NCBI GenBank assembly: GCA_012295275.1
Contig: CM022665.1
Coordinates: forward strand, 35,960,001-36,024,000
Reading direction: 5' to 3'
DNA: 64,000 nucleotides
Source of the DNA: Chrysomallon squamiferum
Lineage: Eukaryota; Animalia; Mollusca
In this document: positions 26,865 through 40,150 of the stretch, one piece after another
Layout: each line of letters begins with the position of its first letter
Position numbering within the stretch: the first letter of the stretch is position 1
Made by a program: the position numbers and the translations under genes
The notes under the pieces: generated by a model
Seen by the model: only the letters and a program-made list of their open reading frames with translations
Told to the model about the DNA's origin: nothing
Databases searched by the model: none

Positions 26865-27254
26865 CATTCCAAGAAAAAGAAAATTTGACAAAGCAGGAAA
26901 TGAAAGAAATTAACTTTATGAATGGATAAACAAACAGACCTGATACTAACTTCCACTGACATAACAACTACTTGTGTTTAATTACTCCATGGATTTTGGG
27001 CAAGTCTGTTAAAGATATTGGAGCAGTTAATCTCTAACATGTCTGCCATATTTTCAAACAAAACATACAAGAATAAAATTATTTTACAGGTTACAGCAGT
27101 GTGGTATCAGTAACAAGTCTGACTGAAATATCAATAATATCACGGGCAGAGCAAATTATTGATATTTTATCAATTTAAACAACTTTTAAAATTTTAAAAT
27201 ATTTAATTTCATAATATCCCTGCTTGTCATTTCTCCTTTCCAGCAGTTGGAATT
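26865..27254 (-). ncRNA. Putative structured RNA element E, copy 2
   Basis: Homologous to 24405-24796. Stems are ATTCCAA/TTGGAAT, TGACAAAGCAGG/CCTGCTTGTCA, CAGACCTGATACT/AGTAACAAGTCTG and AAATATCAATAAT/ATTATTGATATTT. Confidence 0.5.
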
Positions 27255-27620
27255 AAGTGTGTTGCTTTTGAGATTATGATAGAAAGTGTTAATAAAAATT
27301 AAATATATTGTAACTCCAATAATACAGCTGTTTAATCTATTTTTCAGTACTTTCCTATATTATAAATAAATGCAACTGTAGTTTTAAAGCAATAAGTGAT
27401 TTAGCTCAGTCTGGTTTGAGATTTGCCTCAGTTGTTTCATAGCTGGTGTACTTTTAATCTTAATTAATCTGACAAAATATTTAAAAGAAAATTAGTTAAT
27501 TAATTACACCGGTTATTTAGATTTAAGACAGCTATCAGTACTTATCTCAAATGAACGCTGTTATATTATTGTTGCTGTTGTTTTTTATTATTACTGTTGT
27601 TGTTGTTATTATTATTATTA

Positions 27621-27675
<55 letters not shown>

Positions 27676-27939
27676 TTTTCATTAAATGACCTCTGTCACT
27701 TTTGTTTATGTACTTATCTTATTTTGGTTTAACTGCGTTATTTTCTTCCTTCTTGTGAAAACGTCTGCTGGTTTATGGAAGAATCTTCATTCTAGAATTC
27801 ATAGTGAAATGAAAACAAAATATCTTTTGTAAGTGAGATGTAATGATACAGAGATTGTTGATATATTTGTTGAGGTTGAGTGAATACAAGCTAAAACACC
27901 TATTACTATCTACTGTGAAATTATGTAGTTTACTTACCA

Positions 27940-28270
27940 CGAAACACTGAAAACCTACACTGAATGTAACAAACATGTTCTGCGCTTCACACGTTGAAAA
28001 TATATACTTCGACAATAAAATACTCATCCAAAAAGTTTCAGTCCTATTCAACTGACGAATTCTTGTTTGAAATTAGGCTATTCGTCATTACTGTCCTGAC
28101 TGTAAAACAATTCATGTTATTTTCAGCGAATGCGTCGTCACGCTTCTCACGTGCTGTAACATATCACTGTGGATTCGTAATATAATAAAATACCATCAGA
28201 GGAAAGCTAGTTAAAGCATTAATTATATAGAAAATGCCAGGCTGTCACCAAAATACCCAGAAACGTCTTG
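27940..28270 (-). promoter_or_regulatory. CpG-enriched, E-box-containing putative promoter of non-coding unit A
   Basis: Local excess of CpG against a CpG-poor background, with CACGTG at 28148-28153. It lies just beyond the segment homologous (inverted) to 61600-62100. Confidence 0.3.
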
Positions 28271-28594
28271 ATAATAATAACAGTTTTATGCACAAGACTT
28301 ATTAAAATCTTAGTAAAAATTAAATTCCTCCCTACTTCCCAAAGAACCTGTTATTTATTTATTTATTATTAGTATGCTCATAGTTTAACACATATCGTTT
28401 TCTTCTGTTTCTCTAAACAAAAACAAAAAAACAAAAAACAAAAAAAATTATTTATTTAGTTAATTATTTGTTTGTTTATTATTAATCAGTTTCTTTTCTT
28501 TTTATAATTTTTATTTATTTATTTTTTTGTGTTTTTTTTTTTTTTTTTTTTTACGCAACAGATACAACACTAAATAAAAATTCTGCCTTTTATT

Positions 28595-29890
28595 TACCAG
28601 CGATGCCAACATGGCTGAGTAACCTCCCCTACACACCACATTTTTATTTTATTTTTATTGGCGTTAGATACTAAGACACACTTTCGAGTAACTGTCGCAA
28701 TCAAGGGGTGCTCCAAATGCATGTGTTGTAAAGCGGGAAGACACGAAAGTGAGTTTGTGAAAATAATGCATTTGGATGCAAAGGAATGTTTAATTTCTTC
28801 CAGGGCTTTAATAATGGCCTGAAAACCGATGCCGAATAACACAACCTTATGTCCGACGGAAAAACTTGAGCACAATCCACAGAATTTCTATCCCGCAATG
28901 GGGATTAAATCACGGAATCTTTCTTTTACCTATATGAAAAGTTGATGATAAATAATAGGATCTGTGCCCTCTTTTCAAAGATGCACAAGATCCAGCACAA
29001 TGCTAGATAGCTTAACACACCATGATGGAAGAACAAAATGTGTAGATGTTTCCAGATGTCTGAAAAATCTATGTTGGAAGCAGTTAAAATTTGCTGATGT
29101 GAAAACCAAATGTTTTAATGGCATTCGGCCTTGCAACAACCTCACATATTTGTTGTCAAATATCTTGTCATGTGCAGCATGTGTTGGTAAAGTTGGTCTG
29201 ATTCCCCATTCAGTATTGCAAATAACTTTTGAAATATTGGGGGCTTTTAGGACCTTATTTTACATAAAATGCTTAGAAGAAGCAAGAGAGAAGGGCTGGG
29301 TAAACGTTTAAGTATTTCATCTGGGCCTGCTGAAGTATCATAAGCTCTGTGTAGAGCATCCTGCAATTCTTCTATGGCAAAGGGCATATTGTATAGCTCA
29401 GCATTCCCAGATGAAAAATTAATAGTCTGTTTTTCAGCCTTATCGCATATGGATGCGAAATCATCTGTACTGAAAGAAGAAGAAAAATTATGGCAAACGT
29501 TATCTGCCAACACATTAGCAGTGTCACGTTGAGACATGACATCTCAATTATTGACAAATGGTGGACAGTGTCAGTGCATTTCTTTCCCTTGGTCCTTCGG
29601 ATCCTACTCCACACAGATTTGATTGATGTTTGTGAATTGATACTGGAAATATATTTCTTCCATGATGTCTTCTTTCTGTGTTGAGTATCTATACGTATCC
29701 TTAGTCCTAGCAATATGATGTATCCAGACTGTCCTCAGTTGGCTTCTATTTGAACCTTTCCAGGGCCCTGTTAACTCTTTTTTACAGTAATCAGTAAACC
29801 AATGTTTATTGAAATGTTTTGATACTGCCAAAGTCTTAGATATAGCCTCTTCTGCGATATCCTTCAAGATGGAAATAGACAAGGACATTT
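28595..29890 (-). mobile_element. Degenerate, internally deleted RNase-H-containing LINE (I/Nimb-like) ORF2 remnant
   Basis: Frameshifted ORF2 pieces include NKHWFTDYCK, SWKKYISSINSQTSIKSVWSRIRR and YNMPFAIEELQDALHRAYDTSAGPDEILKRLP (pre-RT region), followed by RNase H-like AIIKALEEIKHS...CIIFTNSLSCLPALQHMHLEHPLI. I saw no YADD-type RT core. Confidence 0.85.
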
Positions 29891-29989
29891 GCCATAAAAA
29901 TGTTTTTTAACATTATGTTTTTCATAAGCTTTCTTCAAAGTTTTATATTCACGGATAAAGTGATAATACTTGTTTCTGATCACCTTCGA

Positions 29990-32560
29990 ATCCAAAGTAG
30001 GAAGAAGATCTCCATTTCAAAACTCATCTTAAATGAATGTGTTGAAAATGTTTCTTGCAAGTTTGGATGATACCCAGTGTCCAAGATTAATTTGGGTATT
30101 AATACTTTCAGTTTTTATAAATATATGTAAAACTGAAAATTCTGAAGTAATGCTTGTCATTCATACTGCTATAAATTTTTTAATTTTTCACAAGTATTTT
30201 ATTGTCAAATGTTCCCAATTATTTTCTTTCATCAAAATTCATGGTTTTCTTACACAGAATAGACATAATATATTAGAATTACAAATCCTGTAAACTAAAT
30301 AAATAATTAAATAAAGTAAAACAAACAAATTACAAATTCTGTTGTATATTTTATTCAGATATCTATTGTTTCACTATGGAGTAAGACCACACAGAATGAT
30401 ATACAGGTTCCAAGGTGACAAAAAATAGCCATTTTAAAAAAAAAATTATTTCAAATATCTACTCAATTTCAAGTAAATAAATAAATAAATAAATAATAGC
30501 AATAATAATAATACTAAAATTAGTAAAACAAATTTAAAATATTAAGATAACAGCAGACAGATTGCTTTCCAACAGAAATGATATGATTCAAAATATAGAT
30601 GTATTTGTTTAAAATAAATAAATAAATAAATGATTGGATTGAAATTTGAAATAACCACTGAAGCTTATAGCAAAATAAAACATTTTATGTGTGCAGTAAT
30701 GATTAACAATCATTTTTTTTTTTTTAAACTATTTACAAAGATATGCATTTAAAAGATATATTTTGAGTAAAGAAATAAAACAAATTAAGGCATTGTAACA
30801 AAATGCTGACAATAAAAAGTATTATCATAAAAACAGACATAAAACAAAAATTTGAGGCGATAAAAAAGAAAACAAAAACAACAAATTAACATTGTGTAAA
30901 ATATTTTTGAATAAACTAATGATAACCCATATAAAAAACTTTATTATTATTTTTTTTTTAAATGTTATATTTAAAAAATAATAATACAAAATTTATAGAT
31001 ATTTGTCATGTTTAATGAATCAGTCTTTAATTAAATAATTAAAAAGTAATATTACATAAATGTGCTTAATATACTTTAAAACTAAACAACAAAGGACAAT
31101 AACAAAAAATTCTTTAAATATCAATTTTTATGACAATAATAAACAAACCTTTAACACACAAATTTTCATTACCTATGCAACAGCAAAATAATTAAACTTG
31201 CCTGACATGGGCACATTTTCTAACCAATGTCAGTATTACTATCAGAAAAGAGTTGAAGGATGACTGTCGTGGTCATACTTTCTTCAAATTAACCATTTGC
31301 ATTTGATCAAATAAATATTCAGTGACATTTGCCATTGTTTTTGGTTTTTCCATAACAATTTTTAAAAAAATTTTGTTCCTGTTTTATGATTAATCACTGA
31401 AAAAATGGTAACATGTATTATCTCTTTTTACATTCGTCCAAATAAGAAAACATATATTCATTTCAAACTCATCTCGAATGAACAGTAATGTGAACATCAA
31501 CATTGTATTCATAAATATATGTAAAACTGTAAATTATGAAGTAATCCTTGTTATTGACATTGTTGTGTAATTTAAATTCTTTGCAGGAAATTTGTTGTCC
31601 TTCACTAATAGAATTCTCTTTTTCACAATGGTTCTCTTAACAGCATTGTAAATAAACGTAATATGCAAAAATTACAAATCTTGTTAACTAAACAAATAAA
31701 ATAAAACAAACAAATGACAAATTCATTTATATCCTTTATTCAGATATTTATAATTGTTTCACACTGCAATAACAACACACAGAATATTTTATGTATTTCA
31801 TGATGTCTAACAATGGCCAGAAATTCAAGTTTAAAATAAAATTAAAATAATAGTAAGTATTGAAATATCAGTTTAAAATATTCTGATAAATATTATAAAT
31901 ATTGTTAAAATAACTACAGGAAATATTTGAGAGCAGCCATATACATTGTATTGTTAGTAAAATATACTGCGTTTATAAAATAATAATTATAATAATAAAT
32001 ACAATTTTAAATATTCACAGAAGTCAGATATATAAATTTACAATAACAATTTTAGATTAGGGAAATAAAACATAAATTTAGCATTGTAACAGAATACTAA
32101 CATTAAAAAGTATTATTAAAAAATTCAGACACTAAAAAAAAAATAAACAGCAAAAAAACCCAATGTCAGTTAAAACTGAAAAACAAATACAAATTAAACT
32201 GACAAACAGATCTAGATATACAGTATTGATTAACAGTAACAATATAAACCTATATATTTAATCAATTTTGGATTAATGATTTAAAAAACACCATTAAAAA
32301 TATTATCATATACAAAAAAAACAAAAAACAAAAAAAACTTCAGGAGTTAAAAAATAATGAAATTTACAGATTTATAATAACACATATAAAAATATGGTGT
32401 AAGATATCAATCAAATAATATTCACAAAATATTACTGAATATATTCTATAAATGTCAGCCAATATATCAAAATATTTGAAAAAATAATAATAAATTGTCA
32501 TCTGTATGTATTCTGACCAATGCCAGTGACACTAACAGAAACGGGAGCATTCTTGACAGT
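29990..32560. repeat. Old diverged direct duplication with a ~1.3-1.45 kb period
   Basis: CATTTCAAA(A)CTCATCT at about 30013 and 31459; ATAAATATATGTAAAACTG at about 30117 and 31511; GCATTGTAACA.AAT.CT.ACA.TAAAAAGTATTAT at about 30790 and 32081. Confidence 0.75.
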
Positions 32561-32570
32561 CTTACCTACT

Positions 32571-32920
32571 GACAGTGTGACTGTGACAGGAAAGTCACCC
32601 TTTCTGACCTTCACCTGACAGTGTGACTATGCCTGTAAAGCACTAGATGTATCATAGTCACCCTTTCTGACCTTCGCCTGACAGTGCGACTCTGACATTA
32701 AAGTGCTGAAGTATGTTTGTCATAGTCACACTTTCTGTCCAATGCAAAATACTGCAACTGTGATAGTAAAAAGATGGAATGGGTTTGTCATAGTCACTCT
32801 CCAACCTTCACCAGACAGTAAACAGTTGGACTGTTGATGCCAAATACTGAGACTGTGACAGTGAAGGGAACATGCCTCTTTTGGTCACACTTTCTGATCA
32901 CTGTTAATGTCACTGACAAT
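32571..32920. repeat. Diverged ~45-70 bp repeat with self-complementary arms and variable loops
   Basis: Arm pairs include GTGACTATG (32623-32631) / CATAGTCAC (32653-32661) and AGTGCGACTCTGACA (32683-32697) / TGTCATAGTCACACT (32718-32732). The linker is CTTTCTGACCTTC.CCTGACA. Confidence 0.75.
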
Positions 32921-33360
32921 ACTGTTTAAATAGAAAAAGATGACAGTCTTGTTAAGTTGGCAGGCCACAAAGGAATAGAGAGCCATGACTGTGTTGTTAA
33001 TGGCAGTGATTTAAACAGATCAGTTTATTCACTAAGACAAGACACTTCATTTGCAAGGAAAACAAGAATAGGTGAGATCACTAAGTTGATCAAATCAAAA
33101 GATATAAAGATATTTAGCAAACATTTTTAAAAAGTAAAGAAAAAACAAATTTAAATAAATAATTGAAAAATAAATAAATAAATAAAAATGCCTAGACAAG
33201 GTTTTTATTACATACACAAATCAAATACACAGAATGAAAACACATATGTAGCAACATCTATTTCCCCACCCAAGAATGATATTCTGTATATGGATGGGGT
33301 GAAAGGAAAAAAACAAAAAAAACAGTAAGGAATAAATGAATTTTCCTAATGGAATAAATA

Positions 33361-33404
<44 letters not shown>

Positions 33405-33523
33405 CAGGAATTTTAAAAGAAGATATTTTTTATTTTTTAGTTGTTTTTTTCAGTTTTCATTATAATTTTTAATTTGTTTTGTGAAATTGTGTACGTATAA
33501 ATAAGATTTTATAGAATAAAACT

Positions 33524-33569
<46 letters not shown>

Positions 33570-34179
33570 GGTCTTATTTCAATGCTACTGATATTGCAAG
33601 TAATCTTATGTGCACCATTCTGTGTGGATATGCATCTGAGTTTGTATATTTATTTTTATGTATGCATGTATTGTTAACTGCTGTACTTTGATGACTGGAA
33701 TTTTTGGAAATTAAGAATTTTCCCAAGAAATAAAATAACAATTTATCTATATCAAAACACTAAATAAATAAATAAATAAATAAATAAATATAAACATTGA
33801 GCATTTCCCACACGGAGTTCAATTTTTCTGGTTAATTTTTTCAAGAATCTTACTTTTCAAGATTACAAGGTGTTTACCAGGTATTATCTTGAAAATATTT
33901 TACTGACCTGTAACCTAACAAAACTGTTACTTGGATCTTGGTTTAAGAAGACATAAGACTGCACTATGAAAAAAAATCTGAGCAAAGAATTTGAAACAAT
34001 GAATAATGAATACTGTAATACCAGAACAATCTACAATATGACAGAATAGTGGTTTATCTAGTTAATTTGTTCTGAGTATATGAAGAGTCATAGAGAATTC
34101 AGATGTTAAGATGAAGCATTGAATAGAATGTATGCCAAAATCCAAGAACCATCCTCAGAGTAATTTCTGTCCTGATAAC

Positions 34180-34660
34180 TTTCAGTTCTGAGCAGCTTGG
34201 GGCAGTTATTCTGAATTCCCAGGACAGCAAGCTAAAGAATAGAAAGTTTCTATGAAATTTACATGGATATATAAATATGCAAGAATATCCTGTGAATGAT
34301 AGAATTGAGAAATACTTCCATTAATCTTCATCAAATAGCAGAGAGAAGATATTCTGAATTCCTGGGACAGCAAGATATAACAAAATAATGTTTCTATGAA
34401 ATCTACAAAGTTGTATAAATATACAAGAACAACATGTGACCTTTACAATTGAAAAATACTTCCAATGACTTTCAGTTCTGGCAAACAGCACAGACAATTT
34501 TCATTGTGACAACAGAAGAATGTTACTGTAAAAGATAAATTCTCTTACATTAAGAAAAAACTGTAGCAATGAAGTCATATTTAACTTGCATTCTGAGTTA
34601 ACTGAATTCTCTGAACAGCAACTTACAAGAATATTTCTATTAAATTTAAAACAAGACGAT
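34180..34660. repeat. Diverged ~135-bp direct repeats (2-3 copies)
   Basis: ATTCTGAATTCC..GGACAGCAAG...GTTTCTATGAAAT...AATTGA.AAATACTTCCA occurs at about 34208 and 34350, with a partial copy at about 34602. Confidence 0.7.
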
Positions 34661-34702
34661 TCAGAAATACCTAAGAACAACTATAGTGATAGAAAAGAAT
34701 AA

Positions 34703-34770
<68 letters not shown>

Positions 34771-34988
34771 TAATAATAATAATAATTATAATAATAAATA
34801 AATAAAATACCAGCAACATACAATGAGAAGATTTCTATATAGTCCAAATTTGTGTTGGTTGGCAATACTTATTTTTCTATTTTCGTGAGGTTTTTTTTTT
34901 TTTTTTTTTGTTGATGATATTAATTATTTTTCTGGGAAGCTAAACTGAAATGCCAGATAACAATTTAAATTTTAATATATATATATAT

Positions 34989-35036
<48 letters not shown>

Positions 35037-35622
35037 AGTATATATTCAGATAGTATGAAACATACATTCAGATATTATACATAAAACAATCAACAAAAGA
35101 TATGTGATTACTATTATTACTACTATTACTATTACTAATTTCAGTCTGTAATGTTATTAGCCAAGTTCTATTTTTCACTGCATTAAAATGATGCTGGAGA
35201 GAAAAATATCTGTTGCTCCATGAGCTATTCCCAGTAATGACCATCAACCCATTTTTTTATGGGAGAACCAACTCAAATACAAATGATAAGACATCAGTGT
35301 TTTAAACACGTCAGTTATGGCTGCCTGTAATGGTCAAATTATCTTGGTATACAGAGGAGTGGTAATGTGATTTATTAATTTTAAAAATAAAGAAACTTAC
35401 AGCAGAGATAATAAAGTATGGCTTGAATAATCTAATTTAATCTGTGTTCTGGGAATACGTCTGGGGTGCCATTATTGAATTCCAGGAAACAGAATTAAAA
35501 TAGTCTAACATGAAAATCACTAAGAATTAAATATACCATTAAAAAAAATAAACAAAAATAAACAAAATGAAGGAAATCCAATGAAGATACTTTATAAAAC
35601 TGATATTAGAAGGCAGGAAATA

Positions 35623-36469
35623 CCATATATACTTGTGTACAAGGTGACCTTATGTATAAGTCGATGTGTATTTTAAGACCAAAAATTGCATCATTTTAGG
35701 TATTACTTGTGTATAAGTCGACTGTAGATTCCAGGCACCGTCACTATTTTTAGACCAGTATGACAGTGCCATGAAGGCCTACATTGTACGTCTACTCTAA
35801 CATAACTTGCACGTGCAATTCAAAGTAAGATAATTTCGGAACCTCAGCAATATTTTTTTCTATCGAAAATCTGCTACAAGACATGCCCCCGATCCTAATT
35901 GGCCGAGGCTTCGCGCACTTGGCAACTGACTAGAATAACAAATATGGCGAGAAGTTGAACTGATTTTTGTTGCAGAACGTTTATAGAAATTTAGTTTGTT
36001 TTCGATTTGTCGGTAGTGGATATTAATGACGATTGCAATATTATTTCACCAAATTCTTTACAATTAAACAAGTGAGTTTTGTTTACGAAATTAGGACCGA
36101 TATTTAGTGCAATTTGGCAGAGAAGTCTGCATTCCTAGATCATTGCAAGACGCCGTAAGGCATAACGCCGTACTGACGGTTTTCTCGCTTTAAAATGTAT
36201 TTTTATGTCATTAAACGGAAGAATATCATGTTTTACCTTCATATTTGGTTTTGTTATTTAATTTTTCAAAATTTTTTATATGATAAAATTATATTTTTGA
36301 AAAGCTGAAAGACCGCGATTATTTTAGATGCATCCCGTAGCAAAAAAATAGTCAAAATGGCAACTCTTCAGCAACAGCTACAAAAGCATTACCCATGTAT
36401 AAGTCAACGCCCAAAATATTACCTTAATATAGTCTCCCAAAAATTCGACTTACACACAAGTATATACGG
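35623..36469. mobile_element. Non-autonomous Tc1/mariner-superfamily (Tc2/pogo-type) DNA transposon / MITE, 847 bp
   Basis: Terminal inverted repeats CCATATATACTTGTGTACAAG and CTTACACACAAGTATATACGG are each flanked by TA (35621-35622 and 36470-36471). The subterminal motif TGTATAAGTC(G/A)A repeats. The interior is CpG-rich and has no transposase ORF. CCGTATAT-type ends are characteristic of Tc2-like elements. Confidence 0.85.
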
Positions 36470-36901
36470 TAAGATAATCTACTGGCCTGATTGGCCACAG
36501 TTTTCACTGAACCTATTGATAGTTGACTGGAATAGCTCATGGAATGACAACTGATTTTTTTTTGTGTTTTTTTTATATTTGTCAGTAACGCATCCTTAAA
36601 ATATTGTTAAACATTTTCAATCAATTTTATAAAGCTTGATAAGATAATTCTGTAATTATACATACATTTCTAATTAAAATTATAGCCAACATTGAATTTA
36701 TATTAATGAATATTTAAAGGAAATATCAAAGATTATGGTATGTGCTGTTCTGTTCTTAGTACAGTGATTACATTAGCAGATAATATACATTCTTATTAAA
36801 ATATGTTTTCATATTTACTGAAAAAATTGTTACATAATAACATTTATATCTTTACTGTCATTTTGCACAGTGCATGTATGGGTTATGTTATTACATATTA
36901 T

Positions 36902-36944
<43 letters not shown>

Positions 36945-37709
36945 CTTTTTTTTTCAATTTTTTTAATAAATTTCAGTTAGGCAATAAACAATAGTATAAG
37001 AGTTGAAATTTGCTGATTGTGACTTTATACATATATATTAACATTGTGGTTTTTACTTGTTATGACATATTTCAAGTTTGTTTTAATTATTTTATTTTTC
37101 TAAAAATAAACTTTTTATAAAATACATTTTTTAAAACCAAGTAAAAATGTGATATAAATAAATATAAAACAAATAAACAAATATCATCATATAAATAACA
37201 AATCAAAAAAACATTTTATATATATATATAAAAGCAGGAATGCTGTTCTAAACCTATTAAAATAATATTAATAAAATTTAAATAAATCACTTCTAATTTT
37301 ATTCACATACAGACACACAAATTATGATCGCTAATGTAAAATTTGGCAAACTTTTTCAAGTAATAATTAATATATTTAGTCCTGTGTCATTTGCCAAATA
37401 TATATAAAAAAATCATTAATATTATTTAAGGTTATTTATCATTTCAAAAAAATATGTAGAATATACCTTTCTACATATATTCAATATAACCTTTCTACAG
37501 TTGGTAGATATTCAATCCTCAGTTAAAGAAACAAATGATGATAAAATTCAAACTAAAATGTAATGTGTATACACATACTGTTTTACCTGGAAGAAATGGT
37601 CACATGTACATTGTATATGTTTTTCCCCTTAATATATTAAAGCTTATAAAAATTAAAATAAATATTAACAAATTAAGCCATAAACAATATTACTGACTGC
37701 ACCAAAATC

Positions 37710-38883
37710 TATTTCCAGTTTAATCACTGTAACAAACAGAGGTAGTGTGTAAGTTTTTTCTTTTTTCTTCTGTTTCTTTTCTTTTTCTTTCTGTCAATTG
37801 TGTGTTTATGTGTATATGTATGTCAGTATGTGTGTATGTGTGTGAGTGAGTTTGTGAGTGTCTGTGTGTTTGTGTGTGTTCCATGTTTATCACTGAAATT
37901 CAACAGTGCAACTTGACGACACTCCCAGCATCTGTTGACATCCATGATGAGATATTCCCCATGTGTAACATTCCCAGTCCAAGAACACTGGACAGGAGTG
38001 ACCCACTAGATGGACAGATGTCTCATCAGCAGCATCACCACCCAGAAAATCCCTGTCACCAAAGGAGCGACCTCACAAGCCACCACCAGCCCTGAGAATG
38101 CCCACCTCACCCATGGAACCCCAACATGAGCGCATTCATCCTGCAACCGTTACCAGAAATCACGGTGCATCCATTGTACAGAAATGTCATGTTTACAGGA
38201 TCTGAATCACACACGTAAACTCTGGCTCTTACTTGTTGTTAGTAGTATATGCTCAATAGAGATGTGCTGATTATTAGTAGTATTAGTAAATTATGTTAAA
38301 TAAATATCAGTCTGTTGAAAGAAATAGTTATTATAGTCCAGTAGCTAATGATGGAGAGTCACTATTTACTTCATCAACTATAATTAAACTAGATTTCTTT
38401 AAAGATAAATGAAATACTAAGAATGAATAATATGAATAAAGTTTGAAACTATTTTCATAACCATATAATGACAATCATAGAGACATCTGTCACTGTATCA
38501 CTATTTCTTTCACCATAGAATTGTAATAAAACAAGTGAAAGAGGAAAAACAAATATCTGTGATGACCTGGCTGCTCCACGGGAACAATGATTTCATCCCA
38601 GAAAGTTTTCTGATCATTCACTGCTCCTGCTCAGACCATCACAGAGTTGGAAAATGTGTTATTAGTTAAAATTTAAAAAAAAAAGGTAATAAAAAAGATT
38701 TTTAAAAATAAGGAAATATATATTATTATGCAAGTTTAATGTCAAACAGGTGTTAGTAAAAACTTTTAAATTTCTGACAGTCTGTCTGCCCTACAGGAAA
38801 AATGACTTCATTCCAGTAGCGGCTGGTCACTCTTTAATTCTGCCCAGACTATCAAAGATACAAAATGTTTAACTAAATAATAA

Positions 38884-38930
<47 letters not shown>

Positions 38931-40150
38931 ACAGTGACAACAACTATATTATAATTTTATTAATTCTAATCATTTATTTTGAACATCAGAAGTTAATTTC
39001 ATATTAATGTATTAAACATTCATACAGAAAAAAAACATGCTAATAACAGACCACACACACTCATGCATGCACACACACACATACAAATATTGGCATAGGT
39101 ATTAGTAACACATACATGCACACTGACACATATTTTAATAAAAGCACATAAACACACATTAGCAATTACACACTGACAAACATTAATACACAAACACTGC
39201 TACATATCAATACAAAAACACTATCACACATTTTATATACACACCAAGAGCAGAAATATTAGTCAACACATTCACTGACGTACATGTTAATATCACACAC
39301 ACTGAAAAACTTATCAGTATACACAAAGACACATATTAGTACACACACATACATTAATACACATACACCACACATTAACATTAATACATACACACTGACA
39401 CACATTAGAACATACACATTAATATACATACACACTGACACACATTAGAACATACACATTAATATACATACACACTGACACATTAGAACACACACACATT
39501 AATATACATACACACACTGACACACATTAGAACATACGTACACATTAATACATACACTGACACACATTAGAACATACATACACATTAATACATACACACT
39601 GACACACATTAATACACATACACACTGACACACATTAGAAAATTCACACACTGACACACATATTAGTAACCATACACAAATAACAACCAGATTGACATGC
39701 TGATATCAGAGTTGTCTGAACCATGACATATATCTACAAAGGGTGCATCAATGAGATCAGGGAACACAGCAGTCCTGCATCAAAGTTCCAGGAGCAGAAG
39801 TGCACAGCCACAGGACCGTATTATGATGACTTGTGGCGTGGGTCCTTCAGTGACAAGGATGTCTGGGTGATGATACTGGTGATGTGACATCTGCTCACCT
39901 GATGGGACCTACCCACCCAGTGTTCTTGACCTGGGAATGTTGGTTGAAGTATTACATGGAGAATACCTGATCATGTATGCTCAAAGATGACTGAGAAAAT
40001 GTCATTAAATTACACTGCTGGGTTCCAGGGATAAACAGATGGAGTGATGTGATGTGTGAAGTGAATGGGGGGAAGAAAAAAAAAGAAAAAAAAAAGAAAG
40101 AGTATTAAGAAGAAAAATAGTTATGCCTCACTCTGTGTGATTAACTGGTT
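37710..40150 (-). ncRNA. Long imperfect inverted repeat (arms ~37880-38205 and ~39705-40043), putative hairpin-RNA locus
   Basis: The arms align in reverse complement, for example AACATTCCCAG..CAAGAACACTGG against CCAGTGTTCTTG..CTGGGAATGTT. Most transition differences give G-U pairs only on the minus strand. Confidence 0.55.
39300..39670. repeat. CA-rich minisatellite
   Basis: Tandem CACACTGACACACATTAGAACATACACATTAATA-type units. Confidence 0.85.
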
